From: the human T2T-CHM13v2.0 reference genome, Homo sapiens
NCBI RefSeq assembly: GCF_009914755.1
Contig: NC_060929.1
Length of the DNA: 64,000 nucleotides
Direction: 5' to 3' (one strand)
Both the position numbers and the translations under genes were made by a program. Positions 42,803 through 55,100 of the stretch are shown here, one piece after another (positions within the stretch are counted from its first letter, which is position 1; each line of letters begins with the position of its first letter). A model generated the notes under the pieces. That model saw only the letters and a program-made list of their open reading frames with translations. It was not told where the DNA came from and did no database searches.

Positions 42803-45569
42803 TTACTTTTTTATAAGCGAAGAAAGATGGTTTGGAAACAGATTGATAGAAGGCAAAGTAATCCATACTTTTTTTAAAAAAAAAATCCTCTTTAGGATTT
42901 ATAAATAATCATACTTTCTAAAATTCTCTTGTTGAATTTATTATTATCCTTTTTTAAAATTAAAAAGAGCAAGAATTACTGAAGATCCTATGAATATCTC
43001 ATCAAGTTTTAGCCTTTCTATTGATGGAGGTGTTTAATATTCTTTTTCAGAGAGATCAACTGACACTTTGATGTTATTTCAGAGATGCAAAATTCTCCCA
43101 CATTAAAAAAAAAAATTCCTGCATCAACAATTTTGGAAATAATGAAGAAGCCTGTTTCTCATTTTGACTTATTGTATTCTTTTCATGGAACACTTAACTC
43201 AATTAAAGTTGTTGACATGTCACATTCCAATTTTTAATGTCATGATGCAGCAATTGACCTCTTTTACTCCAGGGTATTTTTTTTTTTTATTAATCGTGTT
43301 TATATGGCACATGTTGGCTCAAGACTCAGAATGACAGACCCTTCGTGACTGACTTTTAATTAATTGATTTTACCAGAAATATCTTCTCAATACTATAAGA
43401 CACAGAACATTGAAACACATACTGGGATTTAATGTTTTGAAACTCAGATAAGCTGGGCTCATTAAAAATTAAATAATAGTGGGCAACTCTTATTAAATTA
43501 CCACCTATTGGATATGGGATTAATAAATGAAAAGGATAAAGGTTACTGGATGCCTGGCTGACAATGGTCTTGTCTGAATTGAGAGTTCCAGGACAATGTC
43601 GTTTCCCATGAAAGTGCCTCCCAAATTGGTCATTCAGGTCACTATAGCAGAGACCAAGAGAGGGAGAAGGCCATCAGTAAGTAGTACCATGATAAAATTA
43701 TCAGCTCAATTTCATTTTAAATATCTTCAAAGAATTTGCACATGCCTTATTTAAAAAAAAGATACAGTGTGGTATATCCAAAAGGGTTATTATAATTTTT
43801 TCATCTACAAAGACATTAGCACACCATGAATGCAGATTGACCTTTTGCCCCATACCAATTTGCTCATCTTCTCACCAGGACAGCAAGTCAATTGCACAAG
43901 TCCCCTGATGGGAAGAGCAGACTTTAGTGTGTCTGATATATGCTGTTTAAGTTATAGGTTTTAGAGCTGTGAAAAAAGCTGGAAAATAGAATTAGAGCTA
44001 TAGAAAAGATAAAAAGAAAGATCACTCTCACAGCCCAATTGACTTTGTAAATAATGCTGGGCTCCCCTGGGGGATTTATTGTTATCACCGAATTTACATT
44101 TTAAAAATCTCCAAAATTTGCTTCCTTGTGAAGCTTTAACCTGAACCATAAATCCTACCCAATTATAACATGTGAAAAAGTGGTTGTTAGCTAAACAATA
44201 GCTCTCATTACACAGAACGTGGTACTTTATCTTTGTATTACTATCATTGTTTTTGCCAACATTATTCACTTAAAAAAATCCTTTACTTTTTTTTTTTAGG
44301 CAAAAACCTGGTGTCCATGGTATAGGCATTCATTATTTATACATAATATTGCTAATGCGTGTAAAAAATAAAAAGAAATTCATGGTAGGCAACCAAAGGA
44401 AAATAAAATTGTAAACTAACATCCTTTTTTTCCAGATAATGTGTTTCTGTTACCTTACTTCAACTGCATTAAAAAGCAAGAACAACTCAACCTCTCCTTT
44501 ATTTCAGACATAGTTTAAATAATTGCTGTCATTGATACAATCATATCAGAGAACTTTTTTGTGCATGGAAGAGTAGTCTCACAAACTGTACAGCAAAGCC
44601 TCATTTTTTAAAGGATTGCATTAAGATCAATGTCATGACATCAAAAAATAATTTTTCTGAAAATTTGACTCTCCAAAAATATTACAAGAACTAAAAATAA
44701 GCTTACAGACGTATCAAACATCTTTCAAGAATGAATTTAAGTGTGACGAGAAAATAAATTTACTTCACAGAAGGGGAAGAAAAATCTTAGTACATGCCAC
44801 CCACGAGGAGAATCTATTCTATTCCAAACATGATGTATGAAAATACAGAAAGACTTTTTAGCCACTACCTTTGGGAAACTTTGATGCTAGTTGGAAAGAT
44901 AAAATGTGCAGCTTTGAAAATAAAAATAAAAAGCTTGGAAGGGGGAAGATATCTAGAGTAAGAGAAATAGTATGGTTAAAAAACAAAACATTATCTTTTT
45001 ATTAGAAACATATAAATTATGGAAAAGACTGCTATGAACTTATTTTCTTGTTGAAGTTTTCACAGAAGTCATCATTATGATTTGGACCTTCAAGAAAATA
45101 GAATTTCAATTAGGACACCCAAAAGAAATACTCCCACAGGAAGAAGAGCAAAAATTACTGGAGGAAGGAATGAGCATGGATTGTGAAAGTCCTTTGTAAA
45201 TCCTAAAAACGTATGTAAAGGTGAAGGTTGATAATTACTGAACTATGCTGGATGGTGACAAAGGAGAAGAACTGAGATGCTGAGAAGAGCATCTGAATTG
45301 AACAGCAGCAGATGGATTTGAATAGGTAAGGCAGAACCACTCACGTGAGGAAAGACAGATAAATTCAATCCGAAATCTTCATAAAGCATTGTGAAACTTT
45401 TGTAGATTTTTAACTAGGAAGGAAAACCGTAAGAGCAGTGCTTTATTCATCTATCAGCTGTGTGCAAGATGGCTTGCGGCAAGAATGCCTTGGAGACAAG
45501 GAAATGAATTATGAAGCTATTGAGGTAATCTTTGAAATCATAAGAATTTGGAATGTTCTAGGTCAGATT

Positions 45570-46720
45570 AACATTTATTGAGCACCAAGTGTGGTCTAGG
45601 CACTGCACGGGGCTTTAGGGGTAGAAGGATGCAAGGACTCTGCTGCTTAGGATCTTGCAGAATGTTGAACCTCATTCTTCTGCAAGCTGGCAGTGACAAT
45701 GTTGTCTATAAGCAGCTTTGGAGGTAGGAGAAGAGACACTTAGCCAAGCTTAAGTGGGAAAAGGAAGGTCACTTGAGTCGGTTATGCTTTGAACTGAGTC
45801 TTGAAGGTTGAGTAAAAATTACTAATGTCAGGAAAGAGGGGTCAATCTGAAGCAGGAGGCCTTTGTGATACAAAACAGAGGACAAGGGCAGTCTCCTGGG
45901 TCATAAGACAGGGCTTGATATTGATTTTTCAGAAAAAGAATACCATTCTAATTATAAGAGCAGTATTGTCAGATTTGTGTTTTAGAAGTATCAGTCAGGC
46001 ATAAATTAGGACAAGATTAAACTGGAAAAAAGGAACCTAGTTAGGATAGTGTTAGAAGAATTCCAATGAGAAAGGAGCATTAGAGCTGTGCAGCAGTGGA
46101 AGTGATGGAAAAATAAGAAGAGACTCTAGAAATATTTGAGAGTGAAAATAGAAGAGACTGATTGCGTTGTAGGGCTGATTGGATAGAAAAAGTAAGAAAC
46201 AAAACATCTCAGATGATTGCTGACATTCTGTCTGTCACCCAGCTCAATGGGTGGTGTGTCAGTAATGGTCATTTGGAATTGGAGAGGATGATTCAAAGGA
46301 GGGCAGGACAATGGATTCAGTTATGAACATGGTTAATCTGAGGTGCCTGTGAAAATCAAATGGGTAGGTGGAGCAGATTGCATAAATCCAAACATCCTTG
46401 GGGCAGTCCAGGTAAAATGTATACATTTGGCAATCATTAGCATTTAGGTAATTATAAAATGAAGGTAAGATGAGATTTCTAAGGGAAAGAATGTAGCCTG
46501 AGGAGGGCAGTGGGCAGAAGGTAAATTTCTGGGAATAACAGCAGCTAAGGGATTAGAGGAAGAAAGGGAGGTGAGGAAGGAGGCTGAGAAAAAACTGGCA
46601 AAGTTGTAGGAAGAAAACTGGTAGCAATCGAAAAGATAAAAGCCGAAGAAGTAGGAGACTAGCAAAGAGAAGCCTGTGCTGCACATAATTGACAGAAAAC
46701 AGAGACTGATGTGATTCAAA
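45570..46720 (-). mobile_element. L2 (diverged)
   Basis: aacatttattgagcacc...ctaggcactg; tttgaactgagtcttgaagg; ggattcagttatgaacatggttaatctgaggtgcctgtg; ggtaagatgagatttc. Confidence 0.75.
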
Positions 46721-48459
46721 GATGGTACTAAAAAATTGAGTTATAATTCCTCACAAGGACTTACTCCAGGGAACTGGGACAAATGTTCTAACACTGACGA
46801 AAACACTTGAGGTAGATGAGCCTAAGAGATACCTTATGGATGTGAGATTTTTTTTTGCTTCTCCTCATTTGCTGGCCTGTCAATCGATGTGAGTCTACAA
46901 AATACTGAATAGTTTGTGACTCAATCGCATTGAAACTCAACTCCATCCCTGTGTTCAAGGACTATCAGGCTCAATCAAGGAACTCTTAACAGTTGGTAGA
47001 CTTCACAAATCAGAAGGAACAAGACAATTTCCAGGAAGGACTGTGATTCTTATAGTTGTTTCCTTTCCTCACTTTATAATGGTATCATTAGTTAGACTTC
47101 CAGATACTACATAAAGTGAAACCATTCACTCAGGCTGACATTTATACAGGCTAATCAAATGCTTGTGAGGTAGAGCAAATAACTAACCATAGTACCTGAA
47201 AGAGGTTGAAAAAAAATCATAAAACACACTCACAGTGTATTCTGAAAAGCTGGCAAGTAAGGTTTCTCTCAGCAAATTTGAGACAAATTTGGAGAAAGGT
47301 AATTATGCAGGCAATTCAATACCCACTGAAGTGGGCGTGCTGAAAACCCTCCCCCGCTTCTCCAGCACTGTGTAAGACACCCTAAAGCAAAAGCAAGCTT
47401 AAATTGGTGACAGTTTCAACATTGTCTCCTCCTCTTCAGCTGCCATATGAAAGCCACTCAGCCACACTTCTCACAATTTGCAAAATTGTGCAGATGAGGA
47501 CACCTTTGAAACCGTCATATTGAAGGGAGATTGGGATGCAGGAGCATGCAACACCCTTCCAGGGCTACTGCAGGGCAGCCCCACCTGTCATTTCAGCAGG
47601 TTTCCAGTGCAAGAGAAAGACACACTACCTGTGCATGATTGATGTGGGAGCCTCCTGGGTGGCCTTATATGTCTCCAAAGTTACACTGAGGATATTCCTA
47701 AGGTATCAACCTTTATTCTTAATTTGCAGCTAGATCTAAAGATCCATAAAACTGTTTAGTTGCACGTACCTGTTTGGATTTGTAGAAAATTAAGAAACAC
47801 TAACTAGAACAAAAAGAATGCCTTAAATTCAGTGTGCAATTTGCTATGGGGCAGGAAGTCCTTAATACAAAAAAAAATTTTTTTTTCTTTGTATCCTCTG
47901 TATTTCCTTTAAGTCTAGCAGTCAGTAAAACCAAATACAAGAAGTGTTAAGTATACTACACAAACAACTTTAGTCTGCAGAGTTCATGGGTACAAGATGT
48001 GCAGTCACTTGAAAACAGTACTTTGTTCCTCAATAGCATCTTTAGGTCAAGGGTCTTGGAGTATTTACAAACATGAATTACCCCTAAAACACTCTGTGAA
48101 TCCACCCACGTTTTGCACTGGCAATCTTCAGAGAGATTTCACAGTAGCAAGTGCCACTGCATTGCAAGTAACTTGGGGAGTCAGAAATAAATCCCAAGAC
48201 TTTTTGCTGCCTGTACTCTGCTCTAAGCATGATTTGACATTTCTGTCCTTATTTTGAATCACTGGTTCTTCAAATATTAGGAGATGTGGCATCAAAGAAG
48301 AAATTTATGAAAGTAAAATGTTGAGTCTGAAGACAAAAAAAAAAATACTACAATGATTTGAAGGTACCCAAATTCTTGCCGTTCAACATACTACTTTCAG
48401 GGTTAATGTTTTAAAATCCAAAATTGCACACTATTTCCTCATTTATGCAGAAAACCTAC

Positions 48460-48545
48460 TTTTTCTTTCTCTTTCTTGGTCTCTCTCTCTCTTTCTCTGT
48501 TTCTCTCTCTAGCACTCTTGTTCTCTTTTTCTCACTCTTGCTTCC
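48460..48545. repeat. CT-rich polypyrimidine tract
   Basis: Directly visible. Confidence 0.7.
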
Positions 48546-49064
48546 ACTTCAAATTTTAAAAAAACCTCACATATTAATGACTTCCTTGGATATTTCTTTT
48601 CTAGAAAAATGTACAGAAAACTCTAGAAAGTAAAATGACACCTAGGTGCTCAAATAAATGTCAGGAGGCCCATGTACCAAATCATGTCTCCTCTCTCTCC
48701 CAGAGAGTTCTTTAGTTTTTACCTTTCCTGTGGGTGGAAAGTCTAGGCACAGCTTATTTTGCCCTCTCTTCAAAGGTGTCTCACAAGTTTCCAATCAACA
48801 TTCTAACAATTCTTGGACCAGAAGCTTTTCTCAAAGCATGAGAGATGCTTAAAGTGTGAAATAATTTATTCCCTTACTTTTTCTGAAGCTGTATTGTCTT
48901 CCCAGTTCAAATGACACGATTGTGATTGGAATGTTCCTCAGCTCCTTACGTTTTGGTTGTTAAATGTTTTCTTCTTAAGTCATAAATAACAAAGTGTTAA
49001 TAACTGTGAAAATATAGTTAAAATCTGAAAGTTGCCCACTCCCAGCTACCCCTTACAATCATTT

Positions 49065-49210
49065 AATTTAGAAGACTTTCAAATTAAGTGCTCCAGAAAT
49101 ACTAACCCTCTTGAGTAAGAATCTCTGAGAGAGTGGCCAGAGAACTTGAATATAATTGTTTTAAATCACCAAGGGATTCTGATGTACAAGAAAACCTGAG
49201 ACCAATAGTT
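49065..49210. mobile_element. MER5-like hAT MITE remnant
   Basis: agaatctctgagag...ttttaaatcaccaagggattctgatgtac...tgagaccaatag. Confidence 0.45.
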
Positions 49211-49508
49211 TAACAACAGTGATCCAAAAAAGGAAAATACAAAAATCTGAATAAGATGACAGATGCAATTTTTTATTAAATAGCTTCTCTTGGTTGGAAA
49301 TAAAATAAAATATCCTCCTGCAATTCTTAGTGTGCACATAAGTGGATTAAATTGGTTAATGAATTTATCTGATATGCCACCTTTGCACAGTTTCCCATTG
49401 AGTGATTGATGGTTGAGCAGAACAGAAATCCTGAGGGGAAAATAGCGACTTACATAGGCTTCAGAACATGAGACCTTTGATTAACTGTTTAAAGTCATTT
49501 GTAAAAAA

Positions 49509-49627
49509 CTTGTATACCATGCAGGGGCACTTTGCTTGAATATAGATATAGATACAGATATATCTATAGATAGATAGAATATATCTATATCTATATTCAG
49601 GCAAAGTGTACCCGCATGCTATACAAG
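49509..49627. repeat. Imperfect inverted repeat: 46-bp arms (41/46 complementary), 27-nt spacer
   Basis: 49509-49554 aligned by hand to the reverse complement of 49582-49627. Confidence 0.95.
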
Positions 49628-49651
49628 ATAGATATAGATATATCTGTATCT

Positions 49652-49652
<1 letters not shown>

Positions 49653-49694
<42 letters not shown>

Positions 49695-49744
49695 CATAGA
49701 TACATACATACATACATACATACATACATACATACATACATAGA
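49653..49744. repeat. Compound tetranucleotide STR (TAGA)10 TACA TAGA (TACA)10 TAGA
   Basis: Directly counted. Confidence 0.97.
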
Positions 49745-49862
49745 GATATATTCTACCTACTTATCTATCTATAAGCACAACCAGTGGAGAGGTGATACTC
49801 CCAAGAAAGGGTAAAATATTGGCAACTGAGGGTATTGAAGAACCAGTGCAATGCCTCATGAC

Positions 49863-50358
49863 TTTTGGGTGACAATTCTCCATGGGTCTTTCACATTTCT
49901 ATACGTACATCCTCTGAGCAGAGGCATTGTTAGCTTTTGTTCTAGACTATCCTTTCAAGAATATTTGGATAGCAAACAACTTTGAAAGATAGAGAGAAGG
50001 CCTCCATTGGGACAGAGGGCAATTTGTCTCCTGATCAAAATAATAAAGATAGTATCTTTCCCTAGGGAAAGGGGTAGCTTTGTTTGCCTCCCTTCACAAG
50101 ATTGGGGTTTCCCTAAGCTCAGGAAGCCTCAGCCGTGACACATCACCCACTGCATTCAGAGAATCCACCTGGATCCCTATGGGATTGCTGGACGAGAGGA
50201 ACTGACGCAAACATGAAGCTCCCTCTCCCTGGTGTGCTGGGCTGTGAGTGGCAAAGTCCTTTGTCTCCAACCCAGGACTCTGTGTCTTCTGACTGCACCC
50301 ATGAAACTGCGGCAGGCTCGATTTGTGTAAGATCTCCAACCCTTCACAGTTCTAGACA
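49863..50358 (+). mobile_element. LTR40-family ERVL solo LTR
   Basis: ttgggtgacaattctccatgggtct...gagcagaggca...gactatc.tttcaag...aaagtcctttgtctc...cccttcacagttctagaca. Confidence 0.85.
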
Positions 50359-51359
50359 GATTGTTGCATGTCTAAGTTCTGCTTTGTAACTAAGATCAGA
50401 TCTCTAGGCCCCTCATGCCATTTCCGGTTTCTGCTGTTGGCTTCCAATCAAGAATTCTCACTCTGCCTCCACTTCAGCAGCACGTTTCTGTATAATGTGG
50501 GAGCAGAATCTTCAAATGAAATGACTCTACCAGCGAACTAGCTTTTGACTGAACACAGGTATGTCCTGTGGCAGTAACTCTGCATCAGAAACTGTAAGAA
50601 AAACCCTAGCACTGTCCTTTACTGCATAAAAGTGAAATGGCTGGTAATTCTGGCCCTGTGGATGACATTTATGGTCCTCCGCTGAAGGCAGAGAGCCAAA
50701 GGTGCTTCATATAAGGATATAGAAATTCCCTGTCCCTGGATAGTGGCCATTTAAATGTAAGAGCTTTGACCAGCTCTTTATACTGGCAGCAAAAGCCGGT
50801 GGCTTTTTAAAGTGTAAAGGGCATTAGATAGCTAAGGACTGGGCTGAAGTATTTCAAGCTTAAAATAGTTCCACGTGGGAGCTACACTGTCATGGCAGCT
50901 TTGATTCACAGAGATCAAATCCACCAACGATGCTTCCCCTTTAATCTCTACATCATCACTATGAAAAGCAAAAGAGCAAGTATCGTTTTTCCCATGCTAT
51001 AGAAACTGATTGGCAAAGTACTAAAGTAATATACCTGCTGTTATATTAATCATTGGCTAAGCTGAAATTTCCTCCCATTGACTTCCCTTGCCAGTAGTTT
51101 GAAAGCCGCTAATTTTAAAGCTGAAGTAAAGAAAAAAAGAATATACTTACTGTATAGATTCCAAATCTTTAGCCTAGAGATCAGACTTGACAGGTGGGAG
51201 TTCTACTTGCCAAGGAAAAATAAAGATTGTTTTCTCTTCAGAAATTCCATAGGGCAATTTTTTTCTGAGCTAGAAGTGGAAAATCCATAAAGAATAGATT
51301 GGTCAAAAGTTAATTTTGATCTCTGGGGGAATTATTTAATTAAAAGAACAATTCCCCAC

Positions 51360-51545
51360 TCAACCAACAAGTATTTGCAAAATGTCTGCAATGAACCTAG
51401 CACTGTTAGATGCTAGGGATTCACTGCTAAATTAGGCACCCAGTCATAGCAATGTGAGGCACCTGATGGAGAGGTGGTGAAGGTTTACTACAGAAGAAGT
51501 CGGCCAGATACATGACAGATGTACAGAGCATCCTCCAGTGGGAGG
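51360..51545 (-). mobile_element. L2 3' fragment
   Basis: caacaagtatttg...cctagcactgttagatgctagggattca. Confidence 0.5.
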
Positions 51546-51556
51546 GAATAGTGGTG

Positions 51557-51858
<302 letters not shown>

Positions 51859-51887
51859 TAGCAGTTCTTAAAAGTTATAAGCCTGAG

Positions 51888-52139
51888 CATGTGTATACCT
51901 ATGTAACAAACCTGCACATGTGCACATGTATCCCAGAACTTAAATTTTAAAAGAAAAAAAGAATACGAAGTGGGTGATGCATTTATCTCACTGGTCCCCA
52001 GATGACTCTACTCTAGCAGCCCCGGAAAAGAATCTGCAGGCTCATCTATACCTGTGGGTTGATATGCCTCCCAAAAACTGTCTCACTCAATTGTGAAGCT
52101 GAAATAAATCATGTGTTCACCTCAAAAAAAAAAAAAAAA
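51888..52139 (+). mobile_element. Ultra-short L1PA (about PA6-PA8) 3' end plus 163-bp 3'-transduced segment and poly(A)
   Basis: L1 terminus 51888-51960, non-L1 sequence 51961-52123 with AATAAA at 52103, A16, TSD aaaagttataagcctgag at 51870-51887 and 52136-52153. Confidence 0.9.
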
Positions 52140-52200
52140 GTTATAAGCCTGAGAATCCAGAGGTGATGGTGGATAGTGGTCTAAGTGGACTAAGACCATG

Positions 52201-52375
52201 TGTCTTAGTCCATTTGCAATGCTGTAACGAAATACCTGAGACTCGGTAATTGATCAGTAATAGAAACTTATTTCTCATGGTTCTGGAGGCTAGGATGTCT
52301 AAGATGAAGGTGCCAGTAGGTTTGGTATCTGGTGAGCACCCTCTTATTGCATCCTCACATGGCAGAAGGCAGAAA

Positions 52376-52410
<35 letters not shown>

Positions 52411-52891
52411 CCTAAGCTAATTATGCAGCCCTTTTTATAGACTTAATTAGTTCCCAACAGGTCCCACCTATTAACTAGTACAGTAATTTCCCCTTATCGG
52501 TCAGTGTCTTTGCTTTGCACAGTTTCAGTTACCTGCAGTCAACCATAGTCCAAAAATATGTATGGTATAGTAAGACATTTTGAGAGAGAGAGATTACATT
52601 CACATAACTTTTATTCTTTTATTACAATATATTATTACACTTATTCTATTTTAGTATTAATAACTACTGTTAATGGCTTATTCTGCATAATTTATGATTT
52701 ATAAAATTTAATTTATAAATAAAAACTTTATTATAGGTATGCATATTTAGGGTTCGGTACTATCCACAATTTCAGCATCCACTGGGGGTCTTGGAACACA
52801 TCCTCTGTGGATAAAGGGGGACTACTGTACTATCAAAATAGAAATTAAGTTTCAACATAAATCTTGGAGGGAACACATTCAAACAACAGCA
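52201..52891 (-). mobile_element. MaLR solo LTR (MSTC/MSTD-like), interrupted by MER44A
   Basis: Termini tgtcttagtcc...cattcaaacaacagca; perfect 5-bp TSD ccatg (52196-52200 / 52892-52896). Confidence 0.9.
52481..52827 (+). mobile_element. MER44A (Tigger7-derived TcMar MITE)
   Basis: TIRs cagtaatttccccttatc...gataaagggggactactg, TA target duplications on both sides, gggttcggtactatcc. Confidence 0.92.
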
Positions 52892-53357
52892 CCATGGTCT
52901 GTCCAAGATTTATTTAATAATCATTATTAGAAGATATATAAACCTTGGTCTGTCTCAGAAAGAATCTTTATCTATATCCCATCTATAGGAATTATTGTGA
53001 GGAAGGTGAGATTTGAAGGCTGACTTCTTCCTTCCTTTTGTTTTTACCCATCTCCTTCATCATGCCCTTGCCACCCCAGTAACCAATATTCACAGACAGG
53101 TCCTTCCCACCCCACCATCACACACTGCATCAAGACACCTAGGCATGCCATCCTGTCGGTATCCTCTATTCTAAACATACCTATCCTCAGCCTCATTCAC
53201 ATAACGCCTGTTATTCCTAGGAAGCGTAAATCATGCCTCATTTTTCCCTCCTGACCTGGGCAAGGGAGTTAAGACTTGGAATTCTGACAGAATTCAGTCA
53301 TGGGCTAAAGGCTTCCCCAGGGAGATATGAACTCCCAGGTGCTTCTACCTCAGGGCT

Positions 53358-53779
53358 TGCTATGGATTGAATTGTGTCCTCCCAGAATTCACATATTGCA
53401 GCCCTAACCCCTAATGTGATGATACTTGGATTGGGGCATTTAGGAGGTAATTAGGGTGAAATGAGTTCCTGAAAGTAGAGCCCTGATGAGAGGATTAGTG
53501 GCCTTATAAGGAGAGATGGAAGACAGTGTTTCTTTCTCTCTCTCTCTCTGTCTCTCTCTGTCTGTTTTCTTCTCTCTCTCCCCTCTCTCCCCCAACCCAT
53601 GTCAGGACAGAGAGAAGGTGGCCATCTACAAGCCAGGAAGGGTTCTTCCTCGGAAACTAATCATGCTAGCACCTTGAGCTGGGACTTTCAGCCTCCAAAA
53701 CTGTGAAAAATTTAATTTCTGTTGTTTAAGCCACCCAGCCTATGGTGTTTTGTTATGGCAGTCCAAGCTGACTAAGTCA
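53358..53779 (+). mobile_element. MaLR solo LTR (MLT1A/B-like) with internal (CT)n tract
   Basis: tgctatggattgaattgtgtcc...gaaggtggccatctacaagccaggaag...aatttctgttgtttaagccacccag...gctgactaag. Confidence 0.92.
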
Positions 53780-54142
53780 GTGTTTCACATGGCACAGTGG
53801 TTCCAGTACCCAAGGCATCATCCAAATGGAGTTGCAGCTGTGAGCCATGAGAAAAAAGGACACAGAAGCCAACGGATGCCCAGAAGGAAATGCTAACAAG
53901 GGGTCCCAAAGAATCTGGACAGAACACTGACGAAGTTTTCCATAAGAGTTAAAGAGTAAAAGCAAGACAAATTGAGTAGGGAGCGAATGATTCTGACTAT
54001 CCAGAACACAGTTTGCTCTTCAATGCAGGATGGAGGAGGTAGAGTAAGCTACTATCTGTAGTTTAAAGAAACCCAGCGGGGTGTGAGCCCCACTGCTACT
54101 GTGGTAATGGATGTCTAAAATGTAATCCTGTGGGTTTTGTAG

Positions 54143-54476
<334 letters not shown>

Positions 54477-54673
54477 AGTACCAGACTCTTTATGGCATGG
54501 GCATTCACATATATATCAAGAGTTTCAAAGCTCAGTCATGTCAATTCTTATTGCAGTGCGGCTGTTTCATCAGAGGCTGAGGACACTCTTTATGTTAAGT
54601 AAGGGATGGAAACAGATGGAATGAGTTTCATCTGGAGTTCTAGTTCTATCACGGAGAACATAAAATGGCCCTG

Positions 54674-55100
54674 TGCTGAATATAGTTTATTTTCCCCTCC
54701 AAAGTCAATTCATCACCTTCTGCATCCTATTCTGGCCTCAAAAGCTGGCCTATATGAAATTCATCAGCAGGCCCCTCTGCCCTTTTGCTTATAGCTGATT
54801 TTAGCCATTTGGAGGTACAGATAGGCAATGTGAGAGCAAAAGGAGTGCAAGTTGGCATTTATCTCTCCAGTTCTCTGTCTGCCAGGTGTCTATGAGTCAT
54901 GGGGCTTCCCTAAGGGGAAGGGCACCATTTATCTAAGGCAGATCACCCCATATAGTCACCCCTTTGAGAGTGGCACTAGGCATGGTGAGAACTCTTCTTA
55001 CTCTACTCAGGGTATTTCAATATTTCCTTAAACTCTGCTGACACCTTTATAAATTATCTAAAAATACCTAGTGTGTATGCGTGCACCAACTGACTAATGC
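54674..55100 (+). mobile_element. LTR33-like ERVL solo LTR
   Basis: tgtgctg...cccctcca...caccttctgcatcct...gctggcctatatg...agccatttggagg...atttatctctcc...cacctttataaat...ctgactaat. Confidence 0.65.

Noticed and set aside
43660-43685. Strong isolated donor catca|gtaagt; also a minus-strand cag|gtacgt near 47769
   Set aside because: No convincing partner acceptor giving a credible exon.
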